DNA of 64,000 nt from Escherichia phage vB_EcoM_WFH. Below are positions 27,151 to 38,235 of the stretch, in pieces. The notes under the pieces were generated by a model. It saw only the letters and a list, made by a program, of their open reading frames with translations, was not told the DNA's origin and did no database searches. Positions within the stretch are counted from its first letter, which is position 1. Each line of letters begins with the position of its first letter. The DNA is taken from the sequence record NC_048194.1; one strand, 5' to 3'. The translations under genes were made by a program, and so were the position numbers.

Positions 27151-29331
27151 GTGTCTGACTCATTAGAAAAATTTGTTCTTCAATATACGGTGGACTTGAA
27201 AGAGTCCATCAATCGTCTTGAGCAATTGCAAGATAAGGTTGATCAGACAAACAAAAAGGCAAAGTCAGCTGGCAAAGACTTCACTGGAGCATTCAAGGAT
27301 GTGTTTGGGGAGTTGAAGCCTCTCACAGCTGAACTGGGGTCTATTGACGGAATCCTTGCGCGGCTTACTTATCGCTTTGCCGCGCTCGTCCCTGTTGTCG
27401 CAGGATTGGCTGTCGTAGTCAAATCTATCGTTGATGTTCGAAAAGAATACGAAGCGCAAAGGAAGCTTGGATTTGAAGCAGGTCTTTCACCAATTGGCGT
27501 AGAGCAATTACAGCGACAATTGAATGAAAGTTCAGGCGGAGTTCTTGGTGCGCAAGGGTCAAGGGATTTAATCAGCAAGGCTTCTAATCTCGCATTCAAC
27601 GCATACACCAACCCCGATGTGATGAACAAGGATAACTTGCTGCTGAACAAGATGGGGACCAGTCCTTTCAACAGTAACGGCGGCATCAAAGACACAAACC
27701 AGCTGCTTGATGAAATTGGCACAAAGCTGAGAAGTGTGAATGAGCAAACCGCTCGTGCTATTGGTGCTCTGGCAGGTTTTACCGCCGATGAAGTCCGTGC
27801 GCTTCGTGAGCGAAATCAATCAGTCAAAGAAAGCACCCGTATAAGCGACGAAGAAACGGCGAAGCTGCAAAGACAGCAGGCTGCGCTTGAAACGATACGA
27901 AACAGCATGGGCCAAATTCAAGAAGACTGGCGACGCATTGAACTGGTAATCGGTGAGAACGTGATGCCTGCATTCTCGACGCTTGTCAGCAAGACTGCCG
28001 ATACAGTCGAAGGATTCCAGATGATGTTCCAAAGGATGTCTGATGGATGGTCTGAATTTGTCGACAATTTCATCGCTGATTTGAAACACCCGTTCGATAA
28101 ACAGGCAGCTGTTAACGAGCGTCACGAGCGTGCCGTTGATAGATGGATCACTCAGATGGCTGACGGCGATGTGAAACGCCAGAGGAACCAGGAGCAAAAC
28201 GCGGCTGAGCAACGTTCTGCTCAAGCACTTTTCACTCGCGATATAAACCTGTTTTCAAGCGCCGTTTCAACCTTTGCTGGTGTTATTGATGAGCGACAAG
28301 CGTGGGCTGCATGGGCTGGTGAGATAGGACGAAGCGCAGGCCAATCCGCAATGCCTGGCACGCCAGCACTAAGCACTGGCGCGACCGTAGGCAACAACTT
28401 GGGGTCAGGAAATCCGACTGCATATGACTCAATCTATGAGGAAGCCTCCAAGCGTTATGGAATCCCTGTTGCGATGATGAAGGCCGTCACAGAAGTCGAA
28501 TCTGGATTCAACCCTAATGCCGTAAGCGGAGCAGGCGCGACCGGATTGATGCAAATAATGCCTTCCAACTTCAAGGGACTTGGCATCACAGACGGTAACG
28601 ACCCAAGACAAAACATTATGGGCGGCGCTCAACTTCTCAAGGAATATTTAACTGCTGCCAATGGCGATTGGAATCTTGCGCTGACTATGTATCACGGCGG
28701 ATATGACCGCAGCGGATGGGGAAAGAACACCCGCGCATACCCTGGCAAGGTGATGGCCGCTCTCGAACGACAGGCGAATGGAGAATACGCCACGGGAGCG
28801 CCGCAAGGTGCACCAGTTACTCCAGTGCTTAGCGGTAGCGGAGCAGAAGCGCCGAAAGGAAGCTATGCACCAGTACAAGGCCAATCCCGCCAAACGGTGC
28901 AATACAGACAGTTGCAAGAAGCCATTGCAGGATACCTAAACGTGCCAGTTGAGCAGCTGATGCAAGGGCAAGTTAACAAAGGTGATATTGACTTTGCTCA
29001 AACTTACCTTAAACTTGGAACGCAAAGGGATTATATTAAAAACATGCAGCTGGCTTCAACTCCAGGCGTAAGACCGAACATTCAGGCCGAAGCGATGAAG
29101 AATGCTCGTCTTGCGGCATTCCAGCTTGAGGCGTTCCAGAAATACGGCGGCGACCTCTCCGCGAATAGTCGACCTGGTGGGCGTGATATTACTGTGGGTC
29201 AGAAAAACGTTGTCATCAACGTCAACGGCGCTCAAGACCCACGAAGCACGGCTATTGAGACTAAGCGCGTGCTTGAACAAGATGATATCAACGACATAAA
29301 CAACCTTACTGCTACACCTTTGAAGTGGTGA
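27151..29331 (+). CDS. Tape measure protein with lytic transglycosylase (SLT) domain
   Basis: 726 aa, coiled-coil N-terminal half; SLT motif EVESGFNPNAVSGAGATGLMQIM; GTG start after AAGGGG. Confidence 0.8.
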   Translation: MSDSLEKFVLQYTVDLKESINRLEQLQDKVDQTNKKAKSAGKDFTGAFKDVFGELKPLTAELGSIDGILARLTYRFAALVPVVAGLAVVVKSIVDVRKEYEAQRKLGFEAGLSPIGVEQLQRQLNESSGGVLGAQGSRDLISKASNLAFNAYTNPDVMNKDNLLLNKMGTSPFNSNGGIKDTNQLLDEIGTKLRSVNEQTARAIGALAGFTADEVRALRERNQSVKESTRISDEETAKLQRQQAALETIRNSMGQIQEDWRRIELVIGENVMPAFSTLVSKTADTVEGFQMMFQRMSDGWSEFVDNFIADLKHPFDKQAAVNERHERAVDRWITQMADGDVKRQRNQEQNAAEQRSAQALFTRDINLFSSAVSTFAGVIDERQAWAAWAGEIGRSAGQSAMPGTPALSTGATVGNNLGSGNPTAYDSIYEEASKRYGIPVAMMKAVTEVESGFNPNAVSGAGATGLMQIMPSNFKGLGITDGNDPRQNIMGGAQLLKEYLTAANGDWNLALTMYHGGYDRSGWGKNTRAYPGKVMAALERQANGEYATGAPQGAPVTPVLSGSGAEAPKGSYAPVQGQSRQTVQYRQLQEAIAGYLNVPVEQLMQGQVNKGDIDFAQTYLKLGTQRDYIKNMQLASTPGVRPNIQAEAMKNARLAAFQLEAFQKYGGDLSANSRPGGRDITVGQKNVVINVNGAQDPRSTAIETKRVLEQDDINDINNLTATPLKW

Positions 29332-29335
29332 TCAT

Positions 29336-30208
29336 TTGAAAAAGAGAATCCTTAAAGTCACCTTATCCATGCCGGATGGCACAAGCCAAGTGCTTGACGA
29401 AGGATTGATGCTTAGATGCCGAATCAAAAAGGCAGCACTTTCCGTTCAGAATAAGGCCACGATTGAAGTCGCAGGATTAACAGGGTACTTGAGAGAGTAC
29501 CTGCTTTCCAACTTCACGGCATTCAACAAACGTCTGCGTGATCAAGGCCAGCTGGCGGCGAACTACGTCAACGTGACTATTGAAGCTGGATACAGAGAAG
29601 GGAATGTAATCAGCAGCAACTTGGTATACAAGGGACAGGTGACGACAGTTGAGATAACAGCGCCGCCGCCGAATATTGTCATCAGAATCACTTGCTACAC
29701 CAACCAAATAAACAGAACTAAGTTCATCACTCAAGCTGCGCCATCCAACCCGACTTTCAAAGAGTTTGTGGAATGGTCTGCAAAACAAATGGACATCGAT
29801 ACTGTTATTTGTGATACGTCGATTAACAATCAGCGACTTGTGAATCCAGGAAGGACGACATATGTTGCTGCTGCGCTGCTGCTTGAGATCCAGAACTATC
29901 AACGCAACTCCATCGCGGCATACATTGATGACGATACGTTAATTGTCAAGGATAAAGACAAAATTCTAAATCCAGACCAGATTACGGTCATTGAGGAATT
30001 TGTCGGAATACCGATGTGGAATGAGTGGGGTGCAGACTTCACTTGTATGTATAACGCAGATTTGAAGCTTGCACAAGGTGTTAAATTCAAATCAGTCTTA
30101 AACCCAAGCTTGAACGACACTACATTTGTCATCATGCAACTTGAATATGATTTAGCAAGTCGTGATGATATATTTACGGTGACGGGCGGCGTTGCACCAT
30201 CGGCATAA
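29336..30208 (+). CDS. Baseplate / tail hub protein
   Basis: 290 aa directly after the tape measure; start (TTG 29336 or ATG 29369) uncertain. Confidence 0.4.
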   Translation: MKKRILKVTLSMPDGTSQVLDEGLMLRCRIKKAALSVQNKATIEVAGLTGYLREYLLSNFTAFNKRLRDQGQLAANYVNVTIEAGYREGNVISSNLVYKGQVTTVEITAPPPNIVIRITCYTNQINRTKFITQAAPSNPTFKEFVEWSAKQMDIDTVICDTSINNQRLVNPGRTTYVAAALLLEIQNYQRNSIAAYIDDDTLIVKDKDKILNPDQITVIEEFVGIPMWNEWGADFTCMYNADLKLAQGVKFKSVLNPSLNDTTFVIMQLEYDLASRDDIFTVTGGVAPSA

Positions 30209-30210
30209 AT

Positions 30211-30732
30211 ATGAGAAAGAATAAAGTAATTGACTTGTTTGGCGTTACTTATGAAATTCATCAATTCAGCGCAATAGATGCATTCGAAATGGTGGACGAC
30301 ATAAGCATATTAACTCCACTTGAATTATTGAGTGAATGTTATGTCATCAAATATGACGGGTCCAAAGTAAGGCTTAATTCTGAAAAAGTAATTAGTGAGG
30401 AAGTGAAAAGCATACCTAATCACTTGCCGCCTAATCTTGTGTTGAAAGTATTAATGGAAGCCGTTAAAAAGCACAACTTTGGATTCCTTAGCGATTGGAA
30501 AGGCACCAAGATTCCAAATAGATTCTTGGCGGATGCACCGACAGTAGAGCCTAATTATCTTGAGCCAATGGTTGCAAGTCTAATAAATAACGGCCTTGCC
30601 TCTTTAAAGGAGTTGGAAGAATACTATTCATTGCGTGATGCATTTGCCATGTTTGATGGTTTAATAGCAAAATCACTTAATGAAGCCTACTCAAACGAAG
30701 CTGCCATTAAAGAATCAAAGTCAAATCGCTAA
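30211..30732 (+). CDS. Hypothetical baseplate protein
   Basis: 173-aa ORF in baseplate block. Confidence 0.4.
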   Translation: MRKNKVIDLFGVTYEIHQFSAIDAFEMVDDISILTPLELLSECYVIKYDGSKVRLNSEKVISEEVKSIPNHLPPNLVLKVLMEAVKKHNFGFLSDWKGTKIPNRFLADAPTVEPNYLEPMVASLINNGLASLKELEEYYSLRDAFAMFDGLIAKSLNEAYSNEAAIKESKSNR

Positions 30733-30789
30733 AATATTGCTTATAGACTCCTTATAGATTATAATTTGTTGATCAGATATAAGGAGTCT

Positions 30790-31518
30790 ATGATGGCAGA
30801 AAAGTTAACCCAACTTACAAGCCCCAACCAAACTGACAAATCAAGTATGTTTGCCGCGCTTCAGGGAATGCTGGACCGTGGCAAGTATACCACTGATGGC
30901 ATGATTCCTGCGCAAGTAATATCTTATGACCGCAAGAAAAATTTAGCAGTCATAAAACCTGTTATTCATTTCGTAAGTCTTGATGATAAGCCAGTGGAGC
31001 GTCAACCTTTGGTGTCAATTCCGGTACTGGCAATCGGCGGCGGCGGATTCGTGATCAACTTCCCTTTGAAGGAAGGCGACTTGGGCTGGATATTCGCTGG
31101 CGACCGCGAGTTGTCGACATTCCTTGAAGAATTGAAGCCGACCGCGCCTACCAATGGCCGTGTAAAAACTTTCGCTGATGGACTGTTCATACCGGATGTA
31201 TTCCGAAAATACACCATAAGCGGAGAGGATGCAGGGTCAATGGTAATTCAATCCCTCAGCGGCGCTGTGAGAATTGCACTAAGCGATGACTCAATAAACA
31301 TAACTGCGTCTGCTGGAGTAAACGTCAAGACCCCGATAACCACTATCGATCAACAATTGATAGTAAATGGAAAGGCAACATTCAATGGTGGGATAGAAGG
31401 CAAAGAAGGAACGACGGCAACGCTTCCGACTGGCACAACGGTCGGCGGCATTGATGTATCCACTCACGGGCATATCGGTAACGGGCCTGGAAACAGAACT
31501 GGGAATATGATAGAATGA
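30790..31518 (+). CDS. Baseplate spike / gpV-like protein
   Basis: RBS AAGGAG; Gly-rich C-terminus (GGIDVSTHGHIGNGPGN); assigned by position. Confidence 0.4.
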   Translation: MMAEKLTQLTSPNQTDKSSMFAALQGMLDRGKYTTDGMIPAQVISYDRKKNLAVIKPVIHFVSLDDKPVERQPLVSIPVLAIGGGGFVINFPLKEGDLGWIFAGDRELSTFLEELKPTAPTNGRVKTFADGLFIPDVFRKYTISGEDAGSMVIQSLSGAVRIALSDDSINITASAGVNVKTPITTIDQQLIVNGKATFNGGIEGKEGTTATLPTGTTVGGIDVSTHGHIGNGPGNRTGNMIE

Positions 31519-32786
31519 GTGCACAATATTCTTACATAGTAAGCACTGGTGTGATCACCATTGACACGGCAGATTTATTGGCTGATGTTCAAGATGAATG
31601 GATTGAGTCTTTAGGGGTCGGGCTTGATGTTGATGCTTCGACGCCGCAAGGCACGCTAATCGCAACAGAAACGTTGGCAAGAACTTCAGTGATGAAGAAC
31701 AATGCCGAATTGGGAAGTCTCATCAACCCTAACTACTCATATGGAGTATATCTTGATGCAATCGCGGCGCTTCTTGGTATCGAGCGCACAAAGAACGTAA
31801 GCACGATGTTGAAAGGTGTGACTGCAGAGGGAGTGCCGCTGCTGGAAATTCCTGCTGGAAGTCTTCTTACTGATTCAAATGGTACATACTGGTATGTTCT
31901 GGAAGACGTTCAAATCACTTCGACTGGCAAGACAAGCAATATGACTCTTGCGTCAAAAGATTATGGATCATTCACTGTTGCGCCTGATGAAGAGTTTACA
32001 GTGGTGCAAGGTTATGATGTCATCGGATGGTCAAGAACTTATTCAACGTCGGCAACAACGACCGTGCCAGGAACACAATACATGAGCGACGGAGCATTAA
32101 AGGCCGCTCGTGTTAAGCGTCTTTACCAGCAGGGCATTGCATCGCTTGGTGCCATTCGCGCTCGCGCCATGTCGGTCGACGGTGTAGAATCTGTGATGGT
32201 CGTTGAGAACGACACAGGAGCGCCTGGAACGGTGCGCGGCATCACCTTCTCAACGCCTAACGGTGTTTGGGTGTGCGCAAGCGGAACATTTGACAAGCAA
32301 GTGTTTGCGGAGACGATATTCAAGGCGAAGATGGGCGGTCAACCTTGGGACTTTGGCGCTGCTAATCAAGGTGATCCGGTAAACTCGCCTGATGGAATCG
32401 AAGTGGTCGATGCAGAATCACAACTGTCTTATTTCGTCAAATTCAACACTGCAGTGATATATGATTTGTATGTTGATATAACCGTTTCAAGAGGAACGGC
32501 TACCGCTGATGCTGAGTCTATTATTGCCGCTGTACTGAATTACGGCAATGGCAATTTTAACGGTGAGCAGGGGTATACAGTAGGGCAATCTCAATCTTCT
32601 TTTGAAATTGCTTCAGCAGTATCCTGCGAATATCCAGGACTTTACATCAAAGATTGCAAAATTGCAGCAGTCAAAAGCGGACAGGCAGCGCCAACTTATC
32701 CTTCCGATTATGGCAGCGAGTGGATTGCCAATCCATGGGATAAGGCCAATACCATGCGCGGCTTCATCAACGTTAAATTTGTGTGA
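31515..32786 (+). CDS. Baseplate J-like protein
   Basis: 423 aa between spike and fibre genes; assigned by position and size only. Confidence 0.4.
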   Translation: MSAQYSYIVSTGVITIDTADLLADVQDEWIESLGVGLDVDASTPQGTLIATETLARTSVMKNNAELGSLINPNYSYGVYLDAIAALLGIERTKNVSTMLKGVTAEGVPLLEIPAGSLLTDSNGTYWYVLEDVQITSTGKTSNMTLASKDYGSFTVAPDEEFTVVQGYDVIGWSRTYSTSATTTVPGTQYMSDGALKAARVKRLYQQGIASLGAIRARAMSVDGVESVMVVENDTGAPGTVRGITFSTPNGVWVCASGTFDKQVFAETIFKAKMGGQPWDFGAANQGDPVNSPDGIEVVDAESQLSYFVKFNTAVIYDLYVDITVSRGTATADAESIIAAVLNYGNGNFNGEQGYTVGQSQSSFEIASAVSCEYPGLYIKDCKIAAVKSGQAAPTYPSDYGSEWIANPWDKANTMRGFINVKFV

Positions 32787-32792
32787 GGAACT

Positions 32793-35531
32793 ATGCAAAA
32801 GTTTGACACAAACCTGTTGCAAAACCTTAAGTGGATGCAGAACAACGCGCCAAACATCACATCTTTGGTTCAGAAGAAGAGCGACTGGTATGAGCGATAT
32901 CAAGATCAGTTTTGGATTGACTGGTACAAGAACATATTCAACATTGATACTTGTGATGCAATGGGCATCTATATTTGGTGTGACATCCTATGCATACCAA
33001 GGGATTTTGTTGACTTAAGCAACTATGAGCACAACTGGGCGTTTGGACCCACACGCGACAACTTCGAAGGGCCGGACAATATCGGCGGCAACTTCTTTGG
33101 TGCTGGCGGAAAGGTTGTGAAAAACATCGAAGAAGCCCGCATCCTTCTGAAGCTTCGTTATCTGACGCTTACAAGTGATGGCCGCATAGAAAGCATCAAC
33201 CGTATGCTTAAGTGGATTTTCAACCGTGGAGAAGATTGGGATTACTCTTCATCGCGCTACGCATATGTGACAGATAATACTCAAGGCGCGGTGTCTTCTT
33301 CTGAAGCCACAAACGGCTCATTCCTTCTGTACGACTGGCAGGGGTCAACTGAGATTCAGCACGATTATAAACAAGTTCTTTTGAGCCACGGCAACAACGC
33401 AGGACTTACCATAAGTGGGGTGGCAGGGACCGTTTCGCGAATGGCACACCCAGACTGGTATTCATGGGGCAATGGTTCCGGCGCTGGTATTGTCGGCGGC
33501 GATACACGACAATATGGCGGCCCTGACTATTACGGCCAACTGTGCGGTGACTACCCAGGAGAGGCCATAGAGAATTTCGCCAACGCAGTACGGGTCATCA
33601 AGACCGCTTCCAGCGGCGAGCCTGTGTATTCTTTGGCCAATAATCCAAGCGCCCAATCTATTGCGCTTCCTTCTCAGGCTGGTGTCAACGTTTGCTATAG
33701 CTTCTACATAAAAGTGCTTTCTGAAAACGTGGCTTCTGTTTCCGTAACAGAGAACAGTGATGCATCGAGTAATGGAAAACTTTTCGACCCAGTGACTGGG
33801 CAGTTCAATCTTGACTCTTCTTTGAGTTATTTCATCACAGGCAAGTTCGACGGTGTGAGAAGGGAATCAAACCGTGGTGGCATCAAGGCAATCGGCGGCG
33901 ATTGGTACAGAATCTGGATTGTAGAGCAAACTGCAAACGCGACGGCTGGGGTGAAAACAAGCTTTTCAATTGAGTTGAAAGCAACTGCCGCTGGATCAAC
34001 CCAGACTCGCGAATTGCCTGAAGGGTCTGATGCGCTTCTTTTTGGATACTCCATTTGTGTTTGCGACCCTGTTCAAAATCCTAATGGGCCTGAGCCTTAT
34101 TTCTATGGGACTCAAAATCCTCCTGCAGATGGAACGGCAATCCTGTCTGTTACGGCAGGAACGCTCAACAACATATCTTGCGCAAACGGTCCGTTGACCA
34201 CAAGGGATGGCGTGGTAGGTGAATCATTCATGCAGCCTGGTTCATCGCTTGCATACTCTGGTTCAATCGGCGGCTACCCGTACCCAGGAAACGCAACATT
34301 GATTGCAGAGACAGATGGAATCAGACGCTCATGGAACGTTAGCCGACTGGACGGCGTACCGCCGCCGCCGACCGCTGACTATTACATGGAATATGTCATC
34401 GGGCCTTATTTCGCCAACAACTTATCCGACAACTTTAAGACGCTAGTTGGCGACAGGAATGAAGGATTCTTGCCAGCAAATGCCGGAATACGTTGGCAGC
34501 TTTACCAAGAAGTCGCAGACTTATCTGATATTGATTTGACCGTCAGCAACATAACAGACACGCGAGTAGGATTCGAAACGGAAGGTGTCGCATGGATTAA
34601 CACTGACGGCATCATCAGAGTTGGCGGCATAAACGAGTGGCCGTTAAACAACTTCAAAGGTGTTATACGACAGCTTGAATCTTTGAAAGGTGTGAACCAA
34701 GTTATCGACGGCGCACTTGTCAACGACTATTCAATCTCAAAAGCATCAAGAGATGACTTTGGTCGTGAAATCCCACGTGCTGCGATCACAAACTACTGGC
34801 GATACACACAGCCCAATGACGGCACATCTTTTGGAAATATCGTCAAGGACGGAGATAACACGGTAACGGCGACGCCAATCAGCGGTGTGCCCAACCAGTT
34901 CCCATCATTCAAGCTTTCCGCTACAATAGGGACTGTGCCAGCGTCCGGCTATGCACGTGCTGTACTTGCTACTAAATACACTGGCAACCTGACTGGTCCT
35001 TTGTCATTTATCGCAATAGTTAAAAACAACACGGTAAACGGTCAAAAACTTTTCGTAACCGTACCGGATGGTATGGGCGGCTATATCCCTAAATTCTACA
35101 GCATAGGCGCAGGTGATTTGCAACGCATCGAAATTGACCTTGCCGCTGAGATTGTTGCAGGAACGACTTGGGATGGTTCGACAGGTGGAATCAGCATTGG
35201 TTTGATATCAGGGAAAGACTTGCCGACCGAAGTCGGTACGACTCTTGAACTTGATATTTTAAGCTTGATGCTTGTTTCTGGTAATACGATGAATGCGCTT
35301 GCGATTTCAACAAGCGAAGACTTTGCAAAGAAAACTGCAACTTCTATATACATCAAAAACCCAGGGTCACTGGCGACTGGAGTTCAATTGATAGCTTCGA
35401 ATGGGGATGTTGTAGCGACAGTAAACTTTCCAAGAAGTGCTGCTGGCGGTTATGTCTCAAGCATGAATATAACTGACTTAACTGGTGATTGGGCATCAAC
35501 CCTTTTATCAAAAATTAAATACATCGTGTAG
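32793..35531 (+). CDS. Large tail fibre / baseplate wedge protein
   Basis: 912 aa, Gly/Ser/Thr/Asn-rich repetitive shaft; RBS GAGGAA. Confidence 0.55.
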   Translation: MQKFDTNLLQNLKWMQNNAPNITSLVQKKSDWYERYQDQFWIDWYKNIFNIDTCDAMGIYIWCDILCIPRDFVDLSNYEHNWAFGPTRDNFEGPDNIGGNFFGAGGKVVKNIEEARILLKLRYLTLTSDGRIESINRMLKWIFNRGEDWDYSSSRYAYVTDNTQGAVSSSEATNGSFLLYDWQGSTEIQHDYKQVLLSHGNNAGLTISGVAGTVSRMAHPDWYSWGNGSGAGIVGGDTRQYGGPDYYGQLCGDYPGEAIENFANAVRVIKTASSGEPVYSLANNPSAQSIALPSQAGVNVCYSFYIKVLSENVASVSVTENSDASSNGKLFDPVTGQFNLDSSLSYFITGKFDGVRRESNRGGIKAIGGDWYRIWIVEQTANATAGVKTSFSIELKATAAGSTQTRELPEGSDALLFGYSICVCDPVQNPNGPEPYFYGTQNPPADGTAILSVTAGTLNNISCANGPLTTRDGVVGESFMQPGSSLAYSGSIGGYPYPGNATLIAETDGIRRSWNVSRLDGVPPPPTADYYMEYVIGPYFANNLSDNFKTLVGDRNEGFLPANAGIRWQLYQEVADLSDIDLTVSNITDTRVGFETEGVAWINTDGIIRVGGINEWPLNNFKGVIRQLESLKGVNQVIDGALVNDYSISKASRDDFGREIPRAAITNYWRYTQPNDGTSFGNIVKDGDNTVTATPISGVPNQFPSFKLSATIGTVPASGYARAVLATKYTGNLTGPLSFIAIVKNNTVNGQKLFVTVPDGMGGYIPKFYSIGAGDLQRIEIDLAAEIVAGTTWDGSTGGISIGLISGKDLPTEVGTTLELDILSLMLVSGNTMNALAISTSEDFAKKTATSIYIKNPGSLATGVQLIASNGDVVATVNFPRSAAGGYVSSMNITDLTGDWASTLLSKIKYIV

Positions 35532-35541
35532 AGGAACGGCA

Positions 35542-37326
35542 ATGCCAACACTTATTAACAGACCTTTCGCGCAAAGCGGTGATGTATCCGTGGTGCCGGA
35601 TGCAAGCCCAAGCGGTTATGTGAACTTCCAGCGCGGCTACACACCTGACTATGCGCTTGCCCTGGAGGCTGGAAACGTCGCCGCGAAAGCTGTTGAGCGC
35701 GAATCCATGAACTGGTTGCTGAATTTGATTACAGACAACCTTATGTTTATTCAAGATCATGGCGCTCAACAATATTTCTCTTCTGACTTGAAGCCGGATG
35801 GATACCCGAAAAACGCCATCGTAGTAAGCAACTCTGGAACGCCTTCAGCGCCTGAGTGGCGCATCTTTCAAAGCGTGGTCGACGGCAACACAAGCGCCGT
35901 ACCAGCCAACGGAGAAACGGAATCTTGGCAGGAATTAACGCTGCCCAGCGAAGCGCGAAAATACATTCCGATGCCTGCTGGCGGCGATGCGCAAAACCCG
36001 TACTTTGTTCGTGGATTGATTTCAAGTTTTGTGGACTTCGATAATATCACGACTTCCACAACTATCGTGATTCAATCCGATTCCGTCGCCGCTCTGTGCT
36101 CTAACATCCCGAATGCGGTTGGCGCAACGAAGGTTGCAGGTCGGCTGCAGGTCTGCGCTTGGCAGGTCGATGCGCAGACCTTTGCCTTGCAGCAATATAC
36201 ATCAATGAATGGCTATTTGTTTACTCGCTCTTATGCTTCTGGTGCTTGGAGTGCTTGGATTCAAAATGCCACTGTTCAAGACGTGCAAATTGGAACGCCG
36301 AATCTTGCATCAGGTAAAGGAGCGCAAGACATAATCCTTACCGTCCCAGCAGGTTATTCATGGCCTCCGTCAGCAGGTAGTCGCCTGACAATCGTCAATG
36401 ATGTAACGACTACCGGACCTGTCACAGTGACCATTGGTGTAAACAAAGTTGCCGTTCTTGGATTCGACGGCAGCGAGTTGCCAGCTGGCGCTATCGTAGG
36501 CCTGTTGCCATTCACCATCATCTATGACGGCACTGTTTGGCGTCTTCTTCAGGCATTCGGCGCGGCGCAAATCGGCGTTGATGCTACGGAGCCGCAGCAG
36601 TTTGTTACCAAAAGGCAACTTGACGCGCTTGCCGCGAAGTTGATTACCATGGGCGACGTATTCGAAGTTGGTGAGACTCGATTCCTTACCAACGGTACTA
36701 ACCCAAACACTAAACTGGGCGCTTACGGTCAGGTATGGACAAGGTTGCCTGATAACATGGTGATTCGCACGTCTGGCACGGCGCGAAACGGTCTTGATAC
36801 AGGCGGTGCAGACTCTGTTACTCTTACCGCTGCAATGCTTCCACTCCACAATCACAGTGTGAACATTACCACGCGACAAAGTGGTCCATGGTCAAATACC
36901 ACTGGAGACGCAGGCAACCATAACCATATAGGTGATACAAGCCAAAACGGTGCTCACTCTCACGGTATGGATGCGGCTGGCAACCACCATCACGACAGTG
37001 GATGGGGCGAGGCGTTTGCCGACCAAGCTCGATACGGAGTTTATGATGGAACAAACAACAACATTGGAAGCAGAAAGACGGATTATGATAACTACAAGTT
37101 CAACACTTCAACTAACGGCAACCATGTCCACAATATTCAATCTTCTGGTTCACACACCCATGGCTTGAATATTCAATTTTCCGGCAATCACAGCCACAGC
37201 TATACACTTCCCGCTCACACTCACGATGTGGTCGGTAACACTGGCGATGCAGGACAGTCCGTGCCGACGGCTGTTGCTACTTTGCCGCGATACGTTGTTT
37301 TGAATGGCTGGTACAGAAGCGCATAA
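35542..37326 (+). CDS. Tail fibre with His-rich receptor-binding tip
   Basis: Fibre-type N-terminus; C-terminal HxH boxes (NHNHIGD, GAHSHG, GNHHHD, HVHNIQ, SHTHG, NHSHS, HTHD) as in metal-binding fibre tips. Confidence 0.65.
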   Translation: MPTLINRPFAQSGDVSVVPDASPSGYVNFQRGYTPDYALALEAGNVAAKAVERESMNWLLNLITDNLMFIQDHGAQQYFSSDLKPDGYPKNAIVVSNSGTPSAPEWRIFQSVVDGNTSAVPANGETESWQELTLPSEARKYIPMPAGGDAQNPYFVRGLISSFVDFDNITTSTTIVIQSDSVAALCSNIPNAVGATKVAGRLQVCAWQVDAQTFALQQYTSMNGYLFTRSYASGAWSAWIQNATVQDVQIGTPNLASGKGAQDIILTVPAGYSWPPSAGSRLTIVNDVTTTGPVTVTIGVNKVAVLGFDGSELPAGAIVGLLPFTIIYDGTVWRLLQAFGAAQIGVDATEPQQFVTKRQLDALAAKLITMGDVFEVGETRFLTNGTNPNTKLGAYGQVWTRLPDNMVIRTSGTARNGLDTGGADSVTLTAAMLPLHNHSVNITTRQSGPWSNTTGDAGNHNHIGDTSQNGAHSHGMDAAGNHHHDSGWGEAFADQARYGVYDGTNNNIGSRKTDYDNYKFNTSTNGNHVHNIQSSGSHTHGLNIQFSGNHSHSYTLPAHTHDVVGNTGDAGQSVPTAVATLPRYVVLNGWYRSA

Positions 37327-37334
37327 GGTGATTT

Positions 37335-37979
37335 ATGATTAATGCAAACGTAATATCTAAAGGGACCGGATGCAGCATGGATGTTGCAGAGAAATGGGTG
37401 GACCATTTCAAGCAGGCTTGTGAGCACTACGGAATCAAAAGCAAGAATGCCATCGCGGCATTCCTTGCAAACGTAGGAGTAGAGACGGGCAGCTTGAAGA
37501 CCTTTGTGGAAAATCTCAACTACTCTGCTCAAGGTCTTGCCAATACATGGCCTAGTCGTTACAGCGTCAACGGTCGCTCTGGAAGTGCCCCGAACTCATT
37601 GGCCCTGTCGATTGCCCGTAAACATGTGGAAATCGCCAATAATACATATGCAAACCGCATGGGCAACGGTTCAGTAGCATCTGGCGACGGTTGGAAGTAC
37701 CGTGGCCGTGGTGCCATTCAGCTGACTGGAAAGGCCAACTATGCGGAATATACGCGTCAATCAGGCTATGATGCATTGAACAATCCTGATATTCTGACTG
37801 AACCAAAATACATTGCTGACAGCGCGGCATGGTTCTTTAAGAATAGCGGCTGTATTCCTCTTGCGGATGCAGGAAATTTTGATTCAACCGTTAAGCGGAT
37901 TAACGGGGCCGCGCCGAACGCAGCAAACCACGGCGAGTTGCGAAGAAAGCGTTACAAGGATGCATTAGCAGTTATGTAA
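37335..37979 (+). CDS. Endolysin, glycoside hydrolase family 19-like
   Basis: GH19-type motifs FLANVGVETG and KYRGRGAIQLTGKANY; RBS AAGGTGA. Confidence 0.8.
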   Translation: MINANVISKGTGCSMDVAEKWVDHFKQACEHYGIKSKNAIAAFLANVGVETGSLKTFVENLNYSAQGLANTWPSRYSVNGRSGSAPNSLALSIARKHVEIANNTYANRMGNGSVASGDGWKYRGRGAIQLTGKANYAEYTRQSGYDALNNPDILTEPKYIADSAAWFFKNSGCIPLADAGNFDSTVKRINGAAPNAANHGELRRKRYKDALAVM

Positions 37980-37984
37980 GAAAA

Positions 37985-38010
37985 AGGCCCATATGGGCCT
38001 TTGTTTATTT
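37985..38010. terminator. Bidirectional intrinsic terminator
   Basis: AAAAA-GGCCCATATGGGCC-TTTGTTTATTTT between convergent genes. Confidence 0.6.
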
Positions 38011-38235
38011 TACGGCTTCAACTTGGACGGGCGGAGCGGAACTTGTATCAATGTCTGGCAAGTCGAAGTAATACCCCGCCATACCAATTGCACCCACAAT
38101 CGCGGCCCGTGCCACCTTGTTGCTAATTGACTCCCCAATAAGCTTTACCAACAGGGATAAGATTTGAGACGTCAAAGCCTTTTTCAGCCTTTTGTTTTCT
38201 TCCAAATCTTTCTGCATAACTACCACCCATGTCAA
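38005..38235 (-). CDS. Small membrane-associated protein (holin or antiholin candidate, unverified)
   Basis: 76 aa, charged amphipathic N-terminus and one hydrophobic segment; adjacent to endolysin on the opposite strand. Confidence 0.4.
   Translation of the reverse strand: MTWVVVMQKDLEENKRLKKALTSQILSLLVKLIGESISNKVARAAIVGAIGMAGYYFDLPDIDTSSAPPVQVEAVK

Noticed and set aside
32793-37326. Diversity-generating retroelement targeting the tail fibres
   Set aside because: No reverse transcriptase ORF and no template/variable repeat pair seen near the fibre C-termini.
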